Source of the DNA: Terriglobia bacterium | Lineage (GTDB): Bacteria; Acidobacteriota; Polarisedimenticolia; Polarisedimenticolales; JAIQFR01 | Reading direction: 5' to 3' | Assembly (NCBI GenBank): GCA_963748015.1 | Contig: CAVVHE010000004.1 | Coordinates: 2,016,001-2,080,000 of the forward strand | DNA: 64,000 nt | Shown: in pieces, positions 38,599 through 49,025 of the stretch | How the letters are laid out: every line of letters starts with the position of its first letter | Numbering within the stretch: the first letter of the stretch is position 1 | Position numbers and translations under genes: made by a program | Notes under the pieces: model-generated | Told to the model about the DNA's origin: nothing | The model's input: the letters and a program-made list of their open reading frames with translations, nothing else | Databases searched by the model: none

Positions 38599-39744
38599 CT
38601 ACTTCGGCGCGGCCTTGGCCGGCTCGGCGGCGGCGGCCGCGGGTACCTCGGGCTGGGCGCTCTTCGGCGGCGCGCTCTTCGACTCCGCCGGGGCCCGCTT
38701 CCCCGTCTCCCTCTTCGTGAATCCCGCGGGAGGGTCGAACGCGCCCGGCGGCGCGGGAGTCGCGGTCACCGATTGGGTCTCGGTGCTCAGGCCGAAGATC
38801 GCGCGCCGGGCGGGGGGAGCGGCGTCCCCTTCCGGGACCGGCTGGGACGCTCCTGGCGTCCTGGCGGACCTCCCCTTCTCTCCGTCCCGCGTCCCCCCGA
38901 GCCCCGCCGGCCCGTCGGCCGCCGCGCCCCTCCGGGCGCGGAAGGCAGGCAGGCCGCAGCTCCCCTCGCTCTCCACCGTGAGACGGGAGCGCACCGGGAA
39001 TCCCTGCTGTTTCGACAGCTCCTTGTAGACCGCGGCGAAACCGCCGGAGAGGTGCGACATCATCCCCTTGGACGCCTCGGCCGCGGCCGACAGCTCTCGC
39101 GGGTCCGTTCCCACGGCCTCCGCCAGCTTCCGGTAGAACGCCTGGACCTCGCGGAGCTGGGGCGTTACCGGGGTGGCCCAGTAATCGAGCTGGTAGTGAT
39201 TCGTGCAGGCCTGCTTGGCCTCCTCGTTGCGGCAGGCCTGCGTGCCCTCGAGGACGACCTCCTCGGCCGGGAAGCCGTTCACGTCCTGCTTCTGTCCCGT
39301 GCGCCGCGCACCGACCTTGACCGGATCGCACTGGAGGGACGGCCGCTTCATTTGCGCCTCGGCCGGGCGCCCCTGCGGCACGGCCCTCGACATGGCCGGC
39401 AGCAGGTCCTGCGCGGACTCGAGAGGCAGCTCGGCGTAGCTCTTGGCGCGTGGGTTCACCTGGTAGACGACGCGGCGGTCGAGCCGGGTGATGGCGGCGG
39501 TCGTCGATCCCCCCTCTCCGGCGAAGCGCTTCATGAGCTTGCCGGTCAGCCTCGTGGTGGTCTCCCGCCGCATCTTGTCGCCGGAGACGACGATCGTGGT
39601 GGTCCCCTCGCTGGCCAGGCGTCCCGTCTCGCCGAGCCCGTCGAAGACTGTCTTTTCCTTCACGGTCACGTCGGCCCGCGCGCCGCCCACCGCCAGCGCC
39701 GCTCCCACGGCCAGGGCCACGACACCTCGACTCGTCATCCTCAT
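38599..39744 (-). CDS. Secreted hypothetical protein (DUF4412-like)
   Basis: Signal peptide ending ARA-D, ITRLDRRVVYQVN, TGQKQDVNGF, AFDPPAGF. Confidence 0.6.
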   Translation of the reverse strand: MRMTSRGVVALAVGAALAVGGARADVTVKEKTVFDGLGETGRLASEGTTTIVVSGDKMRRETTTRLTGKLMKRFAGEGGSTTAAITRLDRRVVYQVNPRAKSYAELPLESAQDLLPAMSRAVPQGRPAEAQMKRPSLQCDPVKVGARRTGQKQDVNGFPAEEVVLEGTQACRNEEAKQACTNHYQLDYWATPVTPQLREVQAFYRKLAEAVGTDPRELSAAAEASKGMMSHLSGGFAAVYKELSKQQGFPVRSRLTVESEGSCGLPAFRARRGAAADGPAGLGGTRDGEKGRSARTPGASQPVPEGDAAPPARRAIFGLSTETQSVTATPAPPGAFDPPAGFTKRETGKRAPAESKSAPPKSAQPEVPAAAAAEPAKAAPK

Positions 39745-39889
39745 CGCGATCCTCCTCGGCCCCATCCGCGCCCGGCGGGCTCGGGACCATCGAGGCTAGG
39801 ACGCGGACCTCTCCCCGTCAAGGGAACTTCGGGCCTCCCCTCCGGTCCAACCCGGTGAGCCCGAACGACGGGCAAGAGGAGCGAACGCC

Positions 39890-40789
39890 ATGACGATCAT
39901 GAAACTCCGGCGGATCGATACGGGCACTTTCTTGGTAGCGCTCGCGGCCGCCATCGTGGCCGCGGCATCAAGCGGACCCGCGCTCGCGGTCGAGAGCGGC
40001 GCCTTCTCGATGGACGTCCTCGTGGACGGCCGTCCCCTGGTCGAGTACGCCGCTCGCGGCACGGCCTACGTCGAGGCGCTGAAGGGACGCGAGTTCGCGA
40101 TTCGGCTCCGAAACCGGACCGGCGGGCGGATCGGGGTCGCGCTGTCGGTGGACGGGCTGAACTCGATCGACGCTCGCTCCTCCTCGGCACGCGACGCGAG
40201 GAAGTGGATCCTCGACCCGTACGAGACCGTGACGATCGCCGGCTGGCAGACCGGGTCCGGCACCGCCCGGCGCTTCTTCTTCACCACCGAGGATCGCTCC
40301 TACGGCGCGTGGCTCGGGAAGACCGGGAACCTTGGAGTGATCGCCGCATCGGTGTTCCGGGAGAAGCGTCCCGCGCCCGCGCCCTGGTCGCTGGGCGGGC
40401 GTCCGTCGCCGCCGTACCTGACGGTCCCCGCGGAACCGTCCGCGGAAGTGCTCGCCGAATCGCCGGCGGCCAACGCGCCGAACCCGGCCGACGGCGCGAC
40501 GGCCGGAGATGCCGCCCCGTTGCGGTCCAAGGCGGAAAGCAAGCGCGCGGCCAGGGACGAGTACGCCGCCACCGGCATCGGGAGGGAAACGAGCCACCCC
40601 GTCGTGGCGGTGGAATTCGACCCGGAAGATGCGCCGTGCGTCGAGCTGCGGGTCCGGTACGAGTACCGCGACGCGCTGGCCCGTCTCGGCGTCCTGCCCG
40701 CGCCGCGGCCCGTGGACGATCCTTTGGCCCGCCGGGAGCACGCCAGGGGGTTCCAGGAGCCCGGGTTCGCCCCCGACCCGTACCGTTGA
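39890..40789 (+). CDS. Secreted conserved hypothetical protein
   Basis: GAGGAG RBS, signal peptide, LSVDGLNSI, IAGWQ, NLGVIAASVFRE. Confidence 0.7.
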   Translation: MTIMKLRRIDTGTFLVALAAAIVAAASSGPALAVESGAFSMDVLVDGRPLVEYAARGTAYVEALKGREFAIRLRNRTGGRIGVALSVDGLNSIDARSSSARDARKWILDPYETVTIAGWQTGSGTARRFFFTTEDRSYGAWLGKTGNLGVIAASVFREKRPAPAPWSLGGRPSPPYLTVPAEPSAEVLAESPAANAPNPADGATAGDAAPLRSKAESKRAARDEYAATGIGRETSHPVVAVEFDPEDAPCVELRVRYEYRDALARLGVLPAPRPVDDPLARREHARGFQEPGFAPDPYR

Positions 40790-40793
40790 CGAT

Positions 40794-40819
40794 GCGGCCC
40801 GCGCGGGAGCGCGGGCCGC
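40794..40819. terminator. Hairpin between convergent genes
   Basis: GCGGCCCGCGC-GGGA-GCGCGGGCCGC, a perfect 11-bp stem with a GNRA loop. Confidence 0.6.
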
Positions 40820-40825
40820 TCCCGC

Positions 40826-41557
40826 CTACTTCTTCTCGGGCGTCGGGGCCGCCGGCGCCGGGGCCTCGGCCTTCACGATCTCGAGCATCTCCACCTCGAA
40901 AACGAGGGTCGCGCCCGGCTTGATCTGTCCGCGGCCCTGGTCACCGTAGGCGATGTCCGACGGGCAGACCAGCTTGGCCTTGCCGCCGACCTTCATCAGC
41001 TGGAGCCCTTCGGTCCAGCACGGGATGACGCCGTTCAGCGCGAACACCGCCGGCTCGTTCTTCTTGTACGAGCTGTCGAACTCCGTCTTCTCGTCGATGA
41101 AGGTCCCCTTGTAGTGGACCTTCACCCGGTCCGTCGCCTTGGGTTTTTCGCCGGTGCCCGGCTTGGTCTCGAGGTAGACGGCGCCGTTGGGCATCTTCAC
41201 CGCCCCCTTCTCGGCGGCGAACTTGTCGGCGTAGGCCTGGCCGGCCTTCTTCTCGCTCGCCGCGAGAGCGCCGGCGCGGGCCTTCGCCAGCTCATCGATC
41301 TTGGGGCCGTAGGTCGCGAGCTCCACCTTCGGCTCGGCGCCGAGGACGCCGTCCGAAAACCCCGCCTTCACGAACTCCAGGTCGGCGGCGGAGAGGTTGA
41401 GGGGCGCGACGCGATTGCTCAGCCAGATGCCGAGGGCGTACAGGGTCTTCTGCTCGTCGGTCTCGAGCTTGGGTCCGGCGGCCGGGGCCTGGGCCTGGGC
41501 GCAGGCCGGTCCGGCGAGAAAGAGCGCGGTGACGAGGAACGCGGCGATGAGCTTCAT
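40826..41557 (-). CDS. FKBP-type peptidyl-prolyl isomerase (FkpA/Mip-like)
   Basis: Signal peptide, VKVHYKGT, FDSS, VIPCWTEGL, AYG, LVFEVEML. Confidence 0.93.
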   Translation of the reverse strand: MKLIAAFLVTALFLAGPACAQAQAPAAGPKLETDEQKTLYALGIWLSNRVAPLNLSAADLEFVKAGFSDGVLGAEPKVELATYGPKIDELAKARAGALAASEKKAGQAYADKFAAEKGAVKMPNGAVYLETKPGTGEKPKATDRVKVHYKGTFIDEKTEFDSSYKKNEPAVFALNGVIPCWTEGLQLMKVGGKAKLVCPSDIAYGDQGRGQIKPGATLVFEVEMLEIVKAEAPAPAAPTPEKK

Positions 41558-41874
41558 GAATCCTGCTCCTTGAGGGGCGAATCTCCGCGCCATGGGTCGA
41601 TGCACCCGAGGAGGAACGGAGGTCCGCAAACGGTGGGGCACTATATCAGATCGGCTTTGGACGAAAGGGAGTGGCCTCCATGGTGGACGCGAGATTGTGG
41701 GATCGTGAGCCGTCGCGGTCGAGAGGCTGGAAAAGGACCGATTCCGCGTCCCGGGGGGGGGCGGGCGTCCGCGGGGGGTGTCTTTTCGCGAAGGACCGGC
41801 TCGCCTCCGGGCTTCCCACAATCTCGCGGCCACCATGGGGTTTTCTGGCATCATGGCGGGCACGGAGGGCGCAC

Positions 41875-44010
41875 ATGGCGTTCACCCGCGAGCCGTTCAC
41901 CGCGAGAACCGTCACCTCCGGGCGTAGCTGGCCTCTCGGGGCCACCGTCCGGGACGGCGGCGTCAACTTCGCGCTCTACTCGAGGAGCGCGGAAGGGGTT
42001 TTCCTCCTCCTGTTCGACCAGCCCGACGGCGAGCCCACCGACGTGATCCGCCTCGAGGAGAGGACCCGCTTCGTCTGGCACGCTTTCGTCGAGGGGGTAC
42101 GGGCGGGCCAGTACTACGCCTACCGCGTCCTCGGGCCCTGGGATCCGGCCCGGGGGCTCCGCTTCAACGAGCACAAGCTCCTGCTCGACCCGTACGCCAA
42201 GGCGCTGACCGGCAAGCCTCGCAACGTGGACAATCTGCTCCTCGCCCACGACCTCTCCTCGGCCTCGAAGGACCTGGCGATGGACTCGCGCGACAGCGCA
42301 CCGGTGCTGCCGAGGTGCATCGTGGTCGACGACGCGTTCGACTGGGATGGGGACGCTCCCCCTGCCCACCCGCTCGAGTCGCTGATCCTCTACGAGGTCC
42401 ACGTCAAGGGATTCACAGCCCACCCGTCGTCGGCGGTTTCGCGGCCGGGGACTTACCAGGGGTTCGCGGAGAAGATCCCGTACCTGAAGAAGCTGGGGAT
42501 CAACGCCGTCGAGCTGCTGCCGGTGCACGAGCACTACGTCGAGGACTTCCTCCGCGACCGCGGCCTGGCGAACTACTGGGGGTACAACTCGGTTGCTTTC
42601 TTCTCGCCCGAGTCCACGTACGGTTCGCGGACCTCGCCGGGATGCGAGGTTCGCGAGTTCAAGACCCTCGTTCGCGAGCTGCACCGGGCGGGGATCGAGG
42701 TGATCCTCGACGTCGTCTACAACCACACCGCCGAGGGGAGCGAATTGGGGCCGACGCTGTCGCTTCGCGGGATCGACAACTCGTCCTACTACTGCCTCAC
42801 GGGCCCAGCCGAAGCTCCCGGCCGCCACTACGTGAACCACACCGGCTGCGGGAACAGCCTCGACCTCGGGACCCCTCCGGCGATACGGCTCGTTATGGAC
42901 TCCCTCCGGTACTGGGTCGAGACCATGCACGTGGACGGGTTCCGCTTCGACCTCGCGTCGGTCCTCGGGCGGGAGGACGGCGGGTTCCGGACCGGCTCGT
43001 CGTTCTTCGACGCGGTGTCGCAGGACCCGGTGCTCGCGCGGGTGAAGCTGATCGCCGAGCCGTGGGATCTCGGGACCTACCAGGCGGGGAACTTCCCGGT
43101 GGACTGGTCGGAGTGGAACGGCAGGTTCCGCGACACGGTGCGGCGGTTCTTCAAGGGAGACGCCGGGCAGCTTCGCGACCTCGGTTGGAGGGTCACCGGC
43201 TCCGCCGACCTGTACGGCGACGACGGCCGCTCCGCCTACAACAGCATCAACTTCGTCACCTGCCACGACGGGTTCACGCTTCGCGACCTGGTCTCGTACG
43301 ACGGCAAGCACAACGCCGCGAACCTCGAGGCGAACCGGGACGGGACCGACGACAACAACTCGTGGAATTGCGGCGCCGAGGGGGAGACGGACGATCCCGA
43401 GGTGCTGCGGCTTCGCCGCCGGATGGCGAGGAACCTCGTTTGCGGCCTCCTGTTTTCGTCCGGCACACCGATGCTCCTCGGCGGCGACGAGTTCCTTCGC
43501 ACCCAGGGCGGGAACAACAACGCCTATTGCCAGGACAACGAGCTGAGCTGGTTCGACTGGCGCGAGGCGGCGAGGAACGCCGGTTTCCTCGAGTTCGTGC
43601 GGAAGGCGATCGCGTTCACCCGCCGCTTCCCCGCCCTCCAGCGGCGCAAGTTCTTCCTCGGCCGCGATCTCGACGACGAGGGGCTGCCCGACATCGACTG
43701 GTTCTCCTGCGACGGCGGCAGGCCGGACTGGAACGACGCCGAGCAGCGTGCGGTCTGCTACCGGCTCGCGGGCGACCGCCGCGACGGGCGCCCCGGCGAC
43801 GAGGAGCTGTTCTTCGTCCTCAACGCCGACTGGAGGCTCCGGTACGTGAAGCTCCCGGCGCCCGGCAACGGCCGGCGCTGGCGCCGGATCCTGGACACCT
43901 ACCTCGACGGCCCCGACGGGTTCGCCGAAGACGGCAAGGAAGTGGCGCTCGACCCGCAGGACCACTACCTCGCGAACCCGCGCAGCGTCGTGGTGCTCCT
44001 GGCTGGCTGA
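41875..44010 (+). CDS. glgX: Glycogen debranching enzyme (GH13 isoamylase)
   Basis: NYWGYN, DVVYNHT, DGFRFDLA, IAEPWD, CHDGFTL, GNNNAYCQDN. Confidence 0.96.
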   Translation: MAFTREPFTARTVTSGRSWPLGATVRDGGVNFALYSRSAEGVFLLLFDQPDGEPTDVIRLEERTRFVWHAFVEGVRAGQYYAYRVLGPWDPARGLRFNEHKLLLDPYAKALTGKPRNVDNLLLAHDLSSASKDLAMDSRDSAPVLPRCIVVDDAFDWDGDAPPAHPLESLILYEVHVKGFTAHPSSAVSRPGTYQGFAEKIPYLKKLGINAVELLPVHEHYVEDFLRDRGLANYWGYNSVAFFSPESTYGSRTSPGCEVREFKTLVRELHRAGIEVILDVVYNHTAEGSELGPTLSLRGIDNSSYYCLTGPAEAPGRHYVNHTGCGNSLDLGTPPAIRLVMDSLRYWVETMHVDGFRFDLASVLGREDGGFRTGSSFFDAVSQDPVLARVKLIAEPWDLGTYQAGNFPVDWSEWNGRFRDTVRRFFKGDAGQLRDLGWRVTGSADLYGDDGRSAYNSINFVTCHDGFTLRDLVSYDGKHNAANLEANRDGTDDNNSWNCGAEGETDDPEVLRLRRRMARNLVCGLLFSSGTPMLLGGDEFLRTQGGNNNAYCQDNELSWFDWREAARNAGFLEFVRKAIAFTRRFPALQRRKFFLGRDLDDEGLPDIDWFSCDGGRPDWNDAEQRAVCYRLAGDRRDGRPGDEELFFVLNADWRLRYVKLPAPGNGRRWRRILDTYLDGPDGFAEDGKEVALDPQDHYLANPRSVVVLLAG

Positions 44011-44019
44011 TCGCGCTCC

Positions 44020-44811
44020 TCAGGGAACGGGGAACACCGGGGAGACCGGCGGGAGCGGGGGATCGCCGGGGTAGACGACGCGCTCGAGGAAGAGGCCCGA
44101 GGGGGGCGCCGTCCACTCGGCGACGCCTCCTCCGCCGGCGGAGAGCGCGCGCAGCCGCAGCAGGTCCTCGACGTCGGCCGGACGCAGCTCTCCGGCTCCG
44201 ACCCGCACGAGGACGCCGACGATTCGGCGAACCATCCTCCAGAGGAAGTGCGACGCCGACAGGCGGACGAGGACGAGGGCGCCGTCGGTCGCCACCTCGG
44301 CGGACTCCACCACGACGATCGTGCTGGTCTGGTCGTCCGGCTTCTCGCAGAAGAGCGCGAAGTCGTGCCGCCCCTCGAGGAGCTGCGCCGCCGCGCGCAT
44401 CCGGTCCGCGTCGAGCGGGCGGCTCACCCACCAGACGTACCGCTTCGCGAAGGCCGATCGCCGGCGGGAGATCTGGTAGAGATAGCTCCTCGACACCGCC
44501 GAGTGCCGGGCGTGAAACCTCTCGGACTCGGGCACGACGGAGAGCAGGTGGATGTCCGGCGGGAGCGCGTCGTTGACCTCCCTCCGAAGCCGCTCGGGAT
44601 CCGCCCGTCGCCGCAGCCTCAGGTGCGCGGTCTGCGCCAAGGCGTGAACCCCGGCGTCCGTCCTGCCCGCGCCGCCGAAGTCGAGGACGTCCCCCGCGAC
44701 GCCGGCGATGACCTGGCGCAGCTCCCCGGCGACCGTACGGGCGTTCTTCTGCGCCTGCCAGCCGCGGTAGCGGGTCCCGTCGTATTCCACGGTAAGACGA
44801 TAGGTCGGCAC
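44020..44811 (-). CDS. truA: tRNA pseudouridine(38-40) synthase
   Basis: EYDGTRYRGWQ, GAGRTDAGVHA, FHAR, FLWRMVRRIVG, TAPPSGLFL. Confidence 0.92.
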   Translation of the reverse strand: MPTYRLTVEYDGTRYRGWQAQKNARTVAGELRQVIAGVAGDVLDFGGAGRTDAGVHALAQTAHLRLRRRADPERLRREVNDALPPDIHLLSVVPESERFHARHSAVSRSYLYQISRRRSAFAKRYVWWVSRPLDADRMRAAAQLLEGRHDFALFCEKPDDQTSTIVVVESAEVATDGALVLVRLSASHFLWRMVRRIVGVLVRVGAGELRPADVEDLLRLRALSAGGGGVAEWTAPPSGLFLERVVYPGDPPLPPVSPVFPVP

Positions 44812-44945
44812 GGCCCCATTATGCGGCTTAGGGGAGAATTCGGGATGCTGGCATAATGTGGGGGCGCCGACGCCCGTCGGAGACGGGCGCGGCGCGAGAG
44901 TGGCCCCAGAAGAACGCGCCCCGGACGGGGCGAGGAGAGCACGGG

Positions 44946-45362
44946 ATGACGAACAAGGAGTTGGTCGGTCTGCTGAACCAAGCCATCGAGCTCGAGTACC
45001 AGGCGTTCCTCCAGTACTACTACCAGTCGCTGAAGCTCAAGGGGATGGCGACGGTCGCGCTCCGCGAGATGCTCGCGGAGGAGGCCGACGCGGAGCTCGG
45101 GCACGCCAAGGCGCTCGCGGAGCGGGTCGCGGCCCTCGGCGGCGAGCCCTCGATGAAGATCGCGCCGGTGAAGGTCGGCAACACGCCGAAGGAGATGATC
45201 AAGTACAACCTGGAGCGCGAGGCGAAGGCCATCGCCCTCTATCGCAAGATCGTGAAGGCCCTTCACGGAACGCAGGGGTACGAGCTGGTCTACGTGCTCA
45301 TCCTCAGGATCCTCGGCGACGAGCTGAAGGACGTCGAGGAGTTCGAGGCGTTTCTCGACTAG
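44946..45362 (+). CDS. Ferritin-like / bacterioferritin-like protein
   Basis: LNQAIELEY, EEADAELGHA, LGGEP, EREAKAIALY, ILGDE. Confidence 0.8.
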   Translation: MTNKELVGLLNQAIELEYQAFLQYYYQSLKLKGMATVALREMLAEEADAELGHAKALAERVAALGGEPSMKIAPVKVGNTPKEMIKYNLEREAKAIALYRKIVKALHGTQGYELVYVLILRILGDELKDVEEFEAFLD

Positions 45363-45389
45363 CACGGCCCGGAGGGCGGCGGCCGCGGC

Positions 45390-46076
45390 ATGAATCCGAA
45401 CTGGTGCCCGCAGTGCTGCACGAGACACGCCCCTTCTGGGGCTTGCCCGGGGGCCCTGCTGGCGACGGGTGACGAGCGGGCCGGGTGGCGCGTCACCGTG
45501 GAGACGAGCGGCCGGCTCGAGGCGATCGGCGTCCTGGTCGCCCCTTGCGGCAAGAGCTGGCGGGCGCGGATCCTCACCTACCCGAACGTGCTGTGGACGA
45601 TCCCGGGGGGGGGCGGCGCGATGAAGTTCGCGGCCGCTTCCCCCCAGGAAGCCGAGCGCCAGGCCATCGCCTTCATCAAGGCCCACTGCATCGAGCGCGG
45701 CTGGCTGCGCCGAGACGAGGTCGTTCCGGTGACTCTCGGGGCCTTCGCCGACGAGCGCGCTCCCGATGCCGTCGCCCCGTCCCCGGCCCGCAGGAGGCTG
45801 CGCACGTTCCCGATCTGGTTCGGGCCCCTGGTGCCGACGATCGAGGCGGTGACCGCCAATCTGTCGGCGACCGGGCTCTTCATCAACACGCCCAACCTGC
45901 TCGACGCCGGCACGGAGCTCCGGATGCGACTCGACCTTTACACCTTCCGGGTCGCCCTCCGCGGCAAGATCGTCTGGAGCCGCGACACCTCCGTCGTCGG
46001 CAGGCCCGCCGGCCTGGGGATCCGCCTCATCGACCCGCCCGCCATGTACGTCAAGTTCGTCGAGACGCTACGTTAG
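45390..46076 (+). CDS. PilZ-domain protein with Cys-rich N-terminus
   Basis: RRRLR (RxxxR), NLSATG, GKIVWSR, GLGIRL. Confidence 0.75.
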   Translation: MNPNWCPQCCTRHAPSGACPGALLATGDERAGWRVTVETSGRLEAIGVLVAPCGKSWRARILTYPNVLWTIPGGGGAMKFAAASPQEAERQAIAFIKAHCIERGWLRRDEVVPVTLGAFADERAPDAVAPSPARRRLRTFPIWFGPLVPTIEAVTANLSATGLFINTPNLLDAGTELRMRLDLYTFRVALRGKIVWSRDTSVVGRPAGLGIRLIDPPAMYVKFVETLR

Positions 46077-47491
46077 AATCCCGCCTCCGCGATCCCCTTC
46101 CGCTTCACCTCCGGCGCGTACTTCCCGGCCGTCGCCTCGATCTCGCTCGCCTTGCCGATGAAGACGAACGTGAGGTCCTTCTCCGGGTAGCGGCTCGCGA
46201 TGACCCGCTTCGCGTCGGCGAGCGTGACCGCGTCCACCTTCGCGTAGAAGTCGTCGATCTCGCCGTCGGGCAGCCCGTAGTAGCGCAGCTGCGCCAGCAG
46301 GGACGCCAGCTGGTCGCCGGTCTCCAGCAGCTGCGGGGGGAGCGTCCCCTTCATGTAGGCCTTCGCCGAGGCGAGGTCCTCCTCGGAGATCCCCTTCTCG
46401 CGCAGCTGGTGCAGCACGTCGAGCGCCATGTCGACCGCCTTCTCGGTGCTCGCGGTCCGGGTGTAGCTCGAGATGTAGAACGGGCCGGGGAGCCTGCGCA
46501 TCTCGAAGTCCGCCGACGCGCCGTAGGTCAGGCCGTTCTTGATGCGGAGCGCGGTGTTGATCATCGACGTGAACCGGCCCCCGAAGAGGGTGTTCACGAC
46601 GTCGATCGCGACGCGATCCGGATCGTTCCGGGCCACCCCCACGTTGCCGATCATGAAGTTCGTCTGGGTGGCGTCGGGCTTGTCCACCAGCAGCAGGCGC
46701 CTTCCCGGCACGGGCTTGGCGGCCGCGAGCCGGACCTCCGCCGCCTTCTCCTTCGAGCTCCACGCGCCGAATCTCTCCCTGACGGCCGCCTCCATGTCCG
46801 CGGCGGCGAAGTCCCCGACGACGGCGAGGATGACGTTCGACGGGAGGTAGCTCGAGGCGTGGAACCTGACGACGTCCTCGCGGCCGATCGCCGCAAGCGA
46901 CCGCTCGTCCCCGCCCGGCGGACGCCCGTAGGGGTGAGAGCCGAAGAGGAACGCGTTGTAGTACGTCGAGATCACGCCCTGCGCGCTGTCCTTCGCGGCC
47001 TTGAGCCCGTCGATCCGCTGAGCGAGGAGCTTCTTCACCTCCGCCTCGGGAAACACGGGGTTCATCACGAGGTCGGCGAACAGGTCGAGGCCGCTCGCGA
47101 CGTCCTTCTTCACGAGCTCGGCCCGCCCCGAGCTGTAGTCGACGCCGGCCGACGCGGCGTACGTGGCCCCCACGAAGTCGAGGGCGTCGGAGATCTGGTC
47201 GGCGGTTCTCGTCTTGGTCCCCTTCCGCAGGAGCGCGGCCGTGACCGAGGCGAGCCCCTCCTTCCCGACGGGATCGGCCACCGACCCCGCGCGCACGATG
47301 TAGCCGAGGCTCACGAGCGGGACCTTGTGCTGCTCCATCAGCAGGACCGTCATGCCGTTCTTGAGCGTGAGGGACCTGTACGGCGGCAGCGAAACGCCGC
47401 CTCCGGGGGCCGGCGGCTCGGCCGCGAGGACGGCGGCGGCGAGCAGCGGCAGGAGCGCGGCCAGGATCGTCGTGCGGGTGCGCGTCGTCAT
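46073..47491 (-). CDS. M16B peptidase, non-catalytic subunit
   Basis: LKNGMTV, lacks HxxEH, FGGRFTS...LRIKNGLTY; signal peptide. Confidence 0.9.
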   Translation of the reverse strand: MTTRTRTTILAALLPLLAAAVLAAEPPAPGGGVSLPPYRSLTLKNGMTVLLMEQHKVPLVSLGYIVRAGSVADPVGKEGLASVTAALLRKGTKTRTADQISDALDFVGATYAASAGVDYSSGRAELVKKDVASGLDLFADLVMNPVFPEAEVKKLLAQRIDGLKAAKDSAQGVISTYYNAFLFGSHPYGRPPGGDERSLAAIGREDVVRFHASSYLPSNVILAVVGDFAAADMEAAVRERFGAWSSKEKAAEVRLAAAKPVPGRRLLLVDKPDATQTNFMIGNVGVARNDPDRVAIDVVNTLFGGRFTSMINTALRIKNGLTYGASADFEMRRLPGPFYISSYTRTASTEKAVDMALDVLHQLREKGISEEDLASAKAYMKGTLPPQLLETGDQLASLLAQLRYYGLPDGEIDDFYAKVDAVTLADAKRVIASRYPEKDLTFVFIGKASEIEATAGKYAPEVKRKGIAEAGF

Positions 47492-48822
47492 TTCGCCTTC
47501 TCCTCGGGAACGAGCGTGGCCACGGTGCGGTTGTTCGCGCCGAAGTACTTCGCGGCCACCGCCTGCACGTCGGCGGCGGTGATCTTCTTCAGCGCTTCCT
47601 CCTTCTCGAAAAGCTTGCGGTAGTCGCCGAAGAACACCTCGTAGCTGCCGATCGTGTTGCCCCGGCCGTTGATCGTCTTCATCTCGCGGTAGAAGTCCGC
47701 GAGAAGGATGTTCTTCGCCTTGGCCAGCTCGGCGTCCGTGACGGGCGCGGTCGAGAGCTTCTGGAGCTCCTCGTAGAGGGCCTTCTCGCACGCGGCGGGA
47801 TCGACCCCCGCGCGGGGCTGCAGGCTGAACGTGAACAGGAACGGGTCGAAGCTCTCGCCGGCGCCGCCGCGAACGCCGATGGCGAGCTGGTCGGCGTCCA
47901 CGAGCCGCCGGTACAGGCGGGACGACTGCCCGCTCGTCAGGACCTGCTCGACGATTTGCAGCGGGTAGTACTCGGGGCTGTTCGTCTGCGGCACGTGGTA
48001 GGCGACCATGAGGATCGGCAGCTGGGCCGGCTTGCGCACGACGATGCGCCGTTCCCCTCGCTGCTCGGGCTCGACGGTGGTCACCTTCGGCGGCGGCTCC
48101 CGCGACGGGATCGGCTCGATGTACTTCTCGGCGAGGCGGAAGACGTCGGCTGCGAGGACGTCGCCGACCACGACCATGGTCGCGTTGTTGGGAGCGTACC
48201 CCATGCGCCAGTGGCTCTGAAGGTCCTCCATCTTCCAGCCCTCGATGTCGCTCATCCAGCCGATCACCGGCCACATGTAGGGGTGGGCGGTGAAGGCGGT
48301 CGCCTGGAGCTGCTCCTCGAGGATCCCGCGGTTGGAGTTCTCGACGCTCGTGCGTCGCTCGCTCGCGACGACGCCGCGCTCGGACTCGATGATCTTGGGG
48401 TCGAAGGACAGGTACTGGATCCGATCGGCCTCCATGTCGAAGATCTTCTCGAGGTTCACCGCTCCCGACGGGAACCAGTCCTGGTAGACGGTCACGTTCT
48501 CGCTGGTGTAGGCGTTGTTGTGCCCGCCGAACGCCTCCATCACGCGGTCGAACTCGCCGGTGCCGTACTTCTTCGCGCCGTTGAACATCATGTGCTCGAA
48601 GAAGTGGGAGATGCCGGTCGTTCCCGGGCGCTCGTTGCGGGCGCCGATCCGGTAGAAGGTGTAGAAGGCGACGTTCGGGATCGAGTGGTCCTCCTGCACG
48701 AGGATCTTCATGCCGTTCTTGAGCGTGCGCGTCTTGACCTCGAAGCTCTGGGCCAAGGCGGGGGCGCCGAGCAGCAGAGCCACCGGCAGGAGGATGGAAA
48801 GCGGACGGCGGAAAGCGGCCAT
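47488..48822 (-). CDS. M16B zinc peptidase, catalytic subunit
   Basis: HFFEHMMF (HxxEH), NAYTS, ERGVVASERR, HPY, YAPNNA. Confidence 0.93.
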   Translation of the reverse strand: MAAFRRPLSILLPVALLLGAPALAQSFEVKTRTLKNGMKILVQEDHSIPNVAFYTFYRIGARNERPGTTGISHFFEHMMFNGAKKYGTGEFDRVMEAFGGHNNAYTSENVTVYQDWFPSGAVNLEKIFDMEADRIQYLSFDPKIIESERGVVASERRTSVENSNRGILEEQLQATAFTAHPYMWPVIGWMSDIEGWKMEDLQSHWRMGYAPNNATMVVVGDVLAADVFRLAEKYIEPIPSREPPPKVTTVEPEQRGERRIVVRKPAQLPILMVAYHVPQTNSPEYYPLQIVEQVLTSGQSSRLYRRLVDADQLAIGVRGGAGESFDPFLFTFSLQPRAGVDPAACEKALYEELQKLSTAPVTDAELAKAKNILLADFYREMKTINGRGNTIGSYEVFFGDYRKLFEKEEALKKITAADVQAVAAKYFGANNRTVATLVPEEKAK

Positions 48823-48952
48823 AAACGCTCCTTCAAGATCGATCGGGCAAGGAGCGCCATGCTACCGCCTGAAGCGACCGGCGCGAAAGGCCCCCAGAAG
48901 TTCCACGCGTTCGCCAGGGGAACCAGGTCGGAGACGGGAAGAACTCGCCCCA

Positions 48953-48986
48953 GAAAAACAACGCCCCTCGGTGATACCGAGGGGCG
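48953..48986 (-). terminator. Intrinsic terminator
   Basis: Minus strand CGCCCCTCGGT-ATC-ACCGAGGGGCG followed by TTGTTTTT. Confidence 0.8.
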
Positions 48987-49025
48987 GTCACTTCGTAGGA
49001 CCAGCGCCGGTCCCCACTCGCTATA
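48953..49025 (-). ncRNA. Candidate small RNA or leader (about 70 nt)
   Basis: TTGACA (49058-49053), 17 bp spacer, TATCCA, then two hairpins ending in a terminator; no ORF inside. Confidence 0.4.

Noticed and set aside
41558..41874. Riboswitch in the FKBP-glgX intergenic region
   Set aside because: No recognisable aptamer consensus or terminator; only short palindromes and a G-run.
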